Positions 27,303-33,718 of a stretch of DNA of 33,718 bases are shown one piece after another; within the stretch, counting starts at the first letter, position 1, and every line of letters begins with the position of its first letter. The translations under genes and the position numbers were made by a program. Source of the DNA: Deinococcaceae bacterium (GTDB lineage: Bacteria; Deinococcota; Deinococci; Deinococcales; Trueperaceae). The notes under the pieces were generated by a model, which worked only from the letters and a program-made list of their open reading frames with translations, had not been told where the DNA came from and ran no database searches. The stretch covers positions 1 to 33,718 of the forward strand of contig JBDZWC010000016.1 of the NCBI GenBank assembly GCA_040256005.1. The letters run 5' to 3'.

Positions 27303-27488
27303 TCACCAGCTGGACTTGACGACGCCGGGCAGGAAGCCCTTGTGCGCCATCTCGCGCATGCAGATGCGGCATAGTCCGAAGTCACGCAGGTACGCGCGCG
27401 ACCGACCGCAGCGGTTGCAGCGGTTGATCCGGCGCGACTGGAACTTCGGCTTGCGTTCGGCCTTGGCGATCTGGGCTTTGGTAGCCAC
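27303..27488 (-). CDS. rpsN: 30S ribosomal protein S14 (type Z, zinc-binding)
   Basis: 61 aa with RCNRCGR...GLCRICMRE. Confidence 0.97.
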   Translation of the reverse strand: MATKAQIAKAERKPKFQSRRINRCNRCGRSRAYLRDFGLCRICMREMAHKGFLPGVVKSSW

Positions 27489-27501
27489 TCGCTCTCCTCC
27501 C

Positions 27502-28059
27502 TTACTTCCGGAACGGCATCCCGAGCAGTTCGAGCAGGCTGCGCGCCTCCTCGTCGGTCTTCGCGGTCGTCACGATCGTGACGTCGAAGCCCCTCGTGGC
27601 GTCCACCTGGTCGTACTCGATCTCGGGGAACACCATCTGCTCTCGTATGCCTAGGCTGTAGTTGCCGCGCCCGTCGAAGCTGTTCGTCGACACGCCGCGG
27701 AAGTCGCGCACGCGCGGCAGCGCCACGTGTATCAGGCGGTCGAGGAACGACCACATGCGGGCGCCGCGGAGCGTCACGCGCAGGCCGACCGGCATGCCGG
27801 CGCGGACCTTGAAGTTCGATACCGACTTCCTGGCACGGGTGACGGCGGGGCGCTGCAGCGCGATCTGCGCCAGCTCCCTGCTGGCCCGCTCCATGACCTT
27901 GGAGTCCTCACGGGCCTCGCCGAGGCCCATGTTGATGACGACCTTCTCGATGCGAGGCACCGCCATGACGTTGTCGTAGCCGTGCCGCTCGATGAGTTGC
28001 GGCTTGACGTCCTGGTAGCGCTGCCTGCTTGGTGACTTGACCTGATCCATCTCGCTCAC
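27502..28059 (-). CDS. rplE: 50S ribosomal protein L5
   Basis: [40 protein letters not shown]. Confidence 0.98.
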   Translation of the reverse strand: MSEMDQVKSPSRQRYQDVKPQLIERHGYDNVMAVPRIEKVVINMGLGEAREDSKVMERASRELAQIALQRPAVTRARKSVSNFKVRAGMPVGLRVTLRGARMWSFLDRLIHVALPRVRDFRGVSTNSFDGRGNYSLGIREQMVFPEIEYDQVDATRGFDVTIVTTAKTDEEARSLLELLGMPFRK

Positions 28060-28385
28060 TCGTCCAGCTCTGCGCCGCTCTTCTTGGCGACGCGGATCTT
28101 GGAGCCGTCCTTGCCGAACTTCACGCCGATGCGCGTGGGCTCGTTCTTCTGGGGGTCGAGCAGCTGGACGTTGCTGACGTGGATGCTCGCCTCCTGCTCG
28201 ACGAAGCCGCCGCGCGGGTTGTCCTGCGTGGGCTTGCGAGCCTTCCGGATGATGTTGACGTTCTTGACGAGCACGCGGCCGGAGTCGCGCAGGACGGCCA
28301 TGACCTCGCCCTCCTGGCCCTTGTGCTTGCCGGCTATGACGCGGACGTTGTCGCCCTTGCGGATGCGGGTCTTGCTGACGGCCAT
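28056..28385 (-). CDS. rplX: 50S ribosomal protein L24
   Basis: KOW motif [14 protein letters not shown] and EASIHVSNV. Confidence 0.97.
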   Translation of the reverse strand: MAVSKTRIRKGDNVRVIAGKHKGQEGEVMAVLRDSGRVLVKNVNIIRKARKPTQDNPRGGFVEQEASIHVSNVQLLDPQKNEPTRIGVKFGKDGSKIRVAKKSGAELDE

Positions 28386-28753
28386 CACAGCACCTCCGGC
28401 GCCAGCGAGACGATGCGCATGAAGCGCTTCTCGCGCAGCTCGCGGGCCACGGGCCCGAACACGCGCGTGCCGCGGGGCTCGTTCTGGTTGTTGATGATCA
28501 CGGCCGCGTTCGAGTCGAACCGGATGGAGGAACCGTCTTTACGGTTGACCTCCTTCTTCGTCCGCACGATCACGGCCTTGACGACCTCACCCTTCTTGAT
28601 GGCGGCGTGAGGGATCGCGTCCTTCACGGCAGCCACGATGATGTCGCCGACGCCGCCGACGAACTGCTGACCCGTGCCCAGGACCCTGATGCACTGGATC
28701 CTGCGGGCCCCGGAGTTGTCGGCCACGTCTAGATAGGTCTCCTGCTGGATCAT
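28385..28753 (-). CDS. rplN: 50S ribosomal protein L14
   Basis: [36 protein letters not shown]. Confidence 0.98.
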   Translation of the reverse strand: MIQQETYLDVADNSGARRIQCIRVLGTGQQFVGGVGDIIVAAVKDAIPHAAIKKGEVVKAVIVRTKKEVNRKDGSSIRFDSNAAVIINNQNEPRGTRVFGPVARELREKRFMRIVSLAPEVL

Positions 28754-28769
28754 CTCGCTCTACGCCCCT

Positions 28770-29015
28770 CTAGGCGCGCGCCTTCTCGACCAGCCGCGTC
28801 ACGACGAAGCGCTTGCGCTTGCTGATCGGCCTGCTGGTGGCGATCTCCACGAGGTCCCCGACGCCGTACTCGTTGGCCTCGTCGTGGGCCAGGTACCTCT
28901 TGGACACGGTCACGACCTTGCCGTAGAGCGGGTGCTTGAAGCGCCTCTCCACGTTCACGGTCACGGTCTTGTCGGCCTTGTCAGACACGACTCGGCCCTG
29001 CATCGTCTTCTTCAT
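28770..29015 (-). CDS. rpsQ: 30S ribosomal protein S17
   Basis: [30 protein letters not shown]. Confidence 0.97.
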   Translation of the reverse strand: MKKTMQGRVVSDKADKTVTVNVERRFKHPLYGKVVTVSKRYLAHDEANEYGVGDLVEIATSRPISKRKRFVVTRLVEKARA

Positions 29016-29203
29016 GCCTCTGCCTTCTCCTTGGCGACGGTGAGCAGCCGAGCGATCTCCCGCTTAGCGGTCCTGATGCGGCGCGGGTTAGAGGTCTGAC
29101 CGATCGCGGACTGGATGCGCAGGTCGAGGAGCTCCTGGCGGCGCTTCTCGATCTCGGCGGCGATCTCCTCCGCGCTCAGCCCACGGGCCTCACTGGACTT
29201 CAT
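29012..29203 (-). CDS. rpmC: 50S ribosomal protein L29
   Basis: [10 protein letters not shown]...ELLDLR...[10 protein letters not shown]; true start ATG 29203. Confidence 0.95.
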   Translation of the reverse strand: MKSSEARGLSAEEIAAEIEKRRQELLDLRIQSAIGQTSNPRRIRTAKREIARLLTVAKEKAEA

Positions 29204-29615
29204 CGTAGATCTCCCGCTTGACCATCTTGGTCTTGATGGGCAGCTTGTGCGACGCGAGCCTGAAGGCCTCCTTGGCCTGGTCCTCGGTGACGTTCGAGAC
29301 CTCGAACAGCACACGGCCAGGCTTGACCACGGAGACCCAGTACTCCACGGCGCCCTTGCCCTTACCCATGCGAACTTCCTGCGGCTTCTTCGTGATCGGC
29401 TTGTCGGGGAAGATGCGGATGTAGATCTTCCCGCCGCGCTTGAAGAAGCGGCTCATCGTGATGCGGCACGCCTCGATCTGGTTGGAGCGGATCCAGCCCG
29501 GCTCCAGAGCGACCAGCCCGAAGTCACCGAAGGCGACGTAGTCGCCACCCTTGGTGTCGCCGGTCATGCGGCCGCGCATCTGCTTGCGGTACTTGACGCG
29601 TTTCGGTAGCAGCAT
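29190..29615 (-). CDS. rplP: 50S ribosomal protein L16
   Basis: [29 protein letters not shown]. Confidence 0.98.
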   Translation of the reverse strand: MLLPKRVKYRKQMRGRMTGDTKGGDYVAFGDFGLVALEPGWIRSNQIEACRITMSRFFKRGGKIYIRIFPDKPITKKPQEVRMGKGKGAVEYWVSVVKPGRVLFEVSNVTEDQAKEAFRLASHKLPIKTKMVKREIYDEVQ

Positions 29616-29617
29616 CG

Positions 29618-30379
29618 TTATTCCCTACGCGCCCGGGGACGGCCGTCACGGCCACCCCTGCCGTCGCGGCGGCGAGCCTGGGGACGGCGACGCTTCTTCT
29701 TGTCGTCGTCGGTCTTCGGACGGGGCACGACGGCGGCGCGGCGCTGCTTGTCGCCCACGATCTCGCCGTGGAAGACCCAAGCCTTGACGCCGATGATGCC
29801 GTACGTGGTGCTGGCTTCGGCGGTGCCGTAGTCGATGTCGGCACGCAGCGTCTGGAGAGGCACGCGGCCCTCCGAGTACCACTCGGGACGGGCCTGCTCA
29901 GAGCCGCCCAGGCGGCCGGAGCAACGTACCTTGACACCCCGGGCGCCCGACTCCATCGTCCGCTGCACGGCCTGCTTCATGGCGCGGCGGAAGGCGAAGC
30001 GGCGCTCGAGCTGTTCGGCGATGCGCTGCGCGATGAGCGCGGCGTTCGTGTTCGGGTTCGGGACCTCCTGGACGTTCACGGCCACGTTGCCGCCGATGAA
30101 CTTGCCCAGCTTGCTCCTGAGGAGCTTGATGGACTCGCCCCCGCGGCCGATGACTACGCCCGGCTTGGCGGTATGGATGGTGACGTTGACGTTGTGGGCC
30201 GCCCGCTCGATCTCGATACGGGAGATACCGGAGTGGCCGACGTCCTGTCTGACGACCTGACGGATCCGCTCGTCCTCGGCCAGCAGCTTGGGGTAGTCCT
30301 TCGCGCTGGCGTACCAGTGAGCGGACGGCTGCTTGTTGACGCCGAGGCGGAACCCGACGGGATTGATCTTATTTCCCAC
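29618..30379 (-). CDS. rpsC: 30S ribosomal protein S3
   Basis: [37 protein letters not shown]; Arg-rich C-terminal tail. Confidence 0.98.
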   Translation of the reverse strand: MGNKINPVGFRLGVNKQPSAHWYASAKDYPKLLAEDERIRQVVRQDVGHSGISRIEIERAAHNVNVTIHTAKPGVVIGRGGESIKLLRSKLGKFIGGNVAVNVQEVPNPNTNAALIAQRIAEQLERRFAFRRAMKQAVQRTMESGARGVKVRCSGRLGGSEQARPEWYSEGRVPLQTLRADIDYGTAEASTTYGIIGVKAWVFHGEIVGDKQRRAAVVPRPKTDDDKKKRRRPQARRRDGRGGRDGRPRARRE

Positions 30380-30719
30380 TGCGTTCCTCCAAGGTGATCG
30401 ACACGTGGCAGGTCCGCTTCATCACGAGGTCGGCGCGGCCACGGGCGCGCGGCATGGCGCGCTTGAGCGTGGGCCCGTCCCCGACCTGGATCTCCTTGAC
30501 GAACAGCCTGTCGTCGAACATGTCGTGGTTGTTGACGGCGTTGGCCCGCGCGCTCTTGAGGAGCTTGAGGATGGGCGCGGCGGACCGCTTGTCTGTGAAC
30601 TTCAGGATGGCCTCAGCCTGCGAGACGTCCTTGCCGCGGATCAGGTCCGCGACCAGGCGCGTCTTGCGCGGCGTGACGCGCAGCATCCTGAGAGAAGCCT
30701 TGGCCTGTGGCACGGTCAC
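30369..30719 (-). CDS. rplV: 50S ribosomal protein L22
   Basis: [27 protein letters not shown]. Confidence 0.97.
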   Translation of the reverse strand: MTVPQAKASLRMLRVTPRKTRLVADLIRGKDVSQAEAILKFTDKRSAAPILKLLKSARANAVNNHDMFDDRLFVKEIQVGDGPTLKRAMPRARGRADLVMKRTCHVSITLEERSGK

Positions 30720-30985
30720 TCCCTACGGCTACCGCTGTGACCGCGGAAGCTGCGGGTGGGCGAGAACTCGCCGAGCTTGTGACCGACCATCGTCTCCTGC
30801 ACGAAGACGGGCACGTGCTGGCGGCCGTTGTAGACGCCGATGGTGTGACCGACCATCTCCGGGACGATGGTGGAGCGCCGGCTCCACGTCTTGATGACGC
30901 GCCTGTCGCCGGAGGCGTTGGCCGCGTCGATCTTCTTGAGCAGGTGCCCGTCGACGAAGGGCCCCTTCTTCAGGCTACGAGCCAT
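30716..30985 (-). CDS. rpsS: 30S ribosomal protein S19
   Basis: [30 protein letters not shown]. Confidence 0.98.
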   Translation of the reverse strand: MARSLKKGPFVDGHLLKKIDAANASGDRRVIKTWSRRSTIVPEMVGHTIGVYNGRQHVPVFVQETMVGHKLGEFSPTRSFRGHSGSRRE

Positions 30986-30988
30986 GGC

Positions 30989-31822
<834 letters not shown>

Positions 31823-31838
31823 GTCTGACCCTCCCTCC

Positions 31839-32126
31839 TTACGAGAGGCCCTCGAGCTGCTCGATCTTCTGACCGGGCTTGAGGGTCACGATGGCCTTGA
31901 GCCTGTCGGGGGTGCGGCCGGAGTACCGCCCCTGTGACTTCACCTTGCTGCGCACCCTGACCAGGTTGACCTGCGTCACGTCCACGTCGAAGACGGCCAT
32001 GACGGCCTCCTTGACCTGAGCGCGGTTCACCTTGGGGTGCACGAAGAAGGTGTACTTGCCGTCCTGCATGGCCATGACGGCCTTCTCCGAGAGGACGGGC
32101 CTGAGGATGACGTCGGAGTGGTTCAT
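31839..32126 (-). CDS. rplW: 50S ribosomal protein L23
   Basis: [26 protein letters not shown]; true start ATG 32126. Confidence 0.96.
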   Translation of the reverse strand: MNHSDVILRPVLSEKAVMAMQDGKYTFFVHPKVNRAQVKEAVMAVFDVDVTQVNLVRVRSKVKSQGRYSGRTPDRLKAIVTLKPGQKIEQLEGLS

Positions 32127-32716
32127 CAGGCGGCCTCGCCCTCGAACAGGACGGCGTCTGCGATGACGTGGTCCGCGCGCAGGACGTCGTAGACGTTCAG
32201 GCCGGCGCGGGGCAGCACGTCCACCCACGGCAGGTTGCGGGCGGCCCGGCGGGCGAGCTCGTCGTCGGTGACGAGGAGCACGCGCTCCTTCCCGTCGATG
32301 CCGTTCTGCTTGGCCCAATCGACGAACTCCCGCGTCTTGCCTTCGATGCCGAACGCATCGACGAGCGTGAGCTTGCCGGCGTTCGCCCGGCTGGCGATGG
32401 CCATCTGCAGGCCGAGCTTCCGGACGCGCTTGGGCAGCGTGTAGCCGTAGTCGCGCGGCTGCGGGCCGAACACCGTGCCACCACCCACGAAGATGGGCGC
32501 CTTGCGGCTGCCGTGGCGGGCACGCCCCGTGCCCTTCTGGGGCCAGATCTTCGCGGTGGAGCCGGTCACGGCGCCGCGGGTCTTCGTCGCGGCGGTGCCG
32601 CGGCGGCGCTTGGCCAACTGCCAGGCCACGACCTCGTGCAGCACGGATTCCTTGGGCTCAGGCAGGTCGAGCGTGACCTTGCGGTCCGCACCGATGACGG
32701 GGATCGTTACCGCCAT
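32126..32716 (-). CDS. rplD: 50S ribosomal protein L4
   Basis: [32 protein letters not shown]. Confidence 0.98.
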   Translation of the reverse strand: MAVTIPVIGADRKVTLDLPEPKESVLHEVVAWQLAKRRRGTAATKTRGAVTGSTAKIWPQKGTGRARHGSRKAPIFVGGGTVFGPQPRDYGYTLPKRVRKLGLQMAIASRANAGKLTLVDAFGIEGKTREFVDWAKQNGIDGKERVLLVTDDELARRAARNLPWVDVLPRAGLNVYDVLRADHVIADAVLFEGEAA

Positions 32717-33336
32717 CAGCTCACCCCCCTCTTGGAGACACGCACCTCGACGAGCCCACCGTTGGGGCCGGGTATGGCGCCCTTGACGATCAGCAGGTTG
32801 TCCTCGGGGCGGACCTCGACGACCTCGAGGCCCAGCGTCGTGACGCGCTCGCTGCCGTACTGGCCGGCCATGCGCTTGCCCTTGTAGACGCGCCCGGGGA
32901 ACTTCCGCTGACCGATGGAGCCGGGGTGGCGGTGCTTCTTCTTCGTGCCGTGGCTGGCGGGCATGCCGCCGAAGTTCCAGCGCTTCATGACGCCGGCGGT
33001 GCCACGACCCTTGGACGTAGCGGTGACGTCTACCTTCTCGCCCGCGGCGAACGACTCGACGGTGACGCTCTCACCGTCGGGCTCGAAGTCGCGGAACTCG
33101 ACGAGGTGGCGCTGAGGAGCCACGCCGGCCTTCTTGAAGTGGCCGGAGAGCGGCTTGTTCACCGCCTTCTCCTTCTTCTCCGACCAGCCGAGCTGAACGG
33201 CCGAGTAGCCGTCCGTGGCCGGTGTCTTGCGCTGCACCACGGGGCACGGTCCCGCCAGCAGGACGGTGACCGGAACGAGCCGGTCGCCCTGCCAGACCTG
33301 GGTCATGCCCACCTTGGTGCCGAGGATGCCTTTCAC
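32716..33336 (-). CDS. rplC: 50S ribosomal protein L3
   Basis: [39 protein letters not shown]. Confidence 0.98.
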   Translation of the reverse strand: MKGILGTKVGMTQVWQGDRLVPVTVLLAGPCPVVQRKTPATDGYSAVQLGWSEKKEKAVNKPLSGHFKKAGVAPQRHLVEFRDFEPDGESVTVESFAAGEKVDVTATSKGRGTAGVMKRWNFGGMPASHGTKKKHRHPGSIGQRKFPGRVYKGKRMAGQYGSERVTTLGLEVVEVRPEDNLLIVKGAIPGPNGGLVEVRVSKRGVS

Positions 33337-33338
33337 TT

Positions 33339-33659
33339 CTACCGGCCTCCGACCGTCTTGATCTCGATATCGACCCCGGTTGGGAGGTCGAGGTGCATTA
33401 GAGAGTCGATCGTGCTCTTCGTCGGCGACTTGATGTCGATGAGCCTGTTGTGCGTGCGGATCTCGAAGTGCTCGCGGCTGTCCTTGTCGACGAACGGGCC
33501 ACGGAGCACGCAGAACCGCCGGATGCGCGTGGGCAGCGGCACGGGGCCGGCGACCTTCGCGCCCGTGCGCCTGACGGTCTCGACGATCTTCGTCGCCGAG
33601 CTGTCGAGGCTACGGTGGTCGAACGACTTGAGCTTGATGCGGATGCGGGGTGTCGCCAT
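33339..33659 (-). CDS. rpsJ: 30S ribosomal protein S10
   Basis: [36 protein letters not shown]. Confidence 0.98.
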   Translation of the reverse strand: MATPRIRIKLKSFDHRSLDSSATKIVETVRRTGAKVAGPVPLPTRIRRFCVLRGPFVDKDSREHFEIRTHNRLIDIKSPTKSTIDSLMHLDLPTGVDIEIKTVGGR

Positions 33660-33662
33660 GGC

Positions 33663-33718
33663 TTACTTCGTGACCTTGGTTACGACGCCCGCCCCAACGG
33701 TACGCCCACCCTCACGAA
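33663..33718 (-). CDS. tuf: Elongation factor Tu, C-terminal fragment (gene starts beyond the window)
   Basis: Manual translation REGGRTVGAGVVTKVTK*, the EF-Tu C-terminal motif, directly upstream of rpsJ. Confidence 0.95.
   Translation of the reverse strand, partial: REGGRTVGAGVVTKVTK

Noticed and set aside
29618..29750. Arg-rich C-terminal tail of S3
   Set aside because: Such tails are common in S3 from many bacteria.

Overview
High-GC bacterial chromosome segment whose gene set, gene order and protein signatures point to Deinococcota, probably a Truepera-like lineage (inference). From left to right: the 3' end of dnaB; a type IV pilus/competence operon pilM-pilN-pilO-pilW-pilQ; the shikimate genes aroC-aroK-aroB-aroQ, followed by a 4 x 23-bp tandem repeat copied from the aroQ 3' end; on the minus strand scpB, four minor-pilin genes, a NarL-type response regulator, a histidine kinase with almost no extracytoplasmic sensor domain, lepA and a TilS-TadA fusion; deoB divergent on the plus strand; then an uninterrupted minus-strand ribosomal superoperon (tuf 3' end, S10, spc, secY-adk-map-infA-rpmJ and alpha operon down to rplQ). 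No rRNA, tRNA, CRISPR array, integrase or transposase was found. Most of the window is core genome. The best candidates for something undescribed are (i) the kinase/regulator pair next to the minor-pilin cassette, which is bracketed by related GGGGYCG repeats, (ii) the aroQ-end repeat, (iii) a structured spacer before rpsH and (iv) a ~100-aa disordered tail on L15. All functional interpretations of these are hypotheses.
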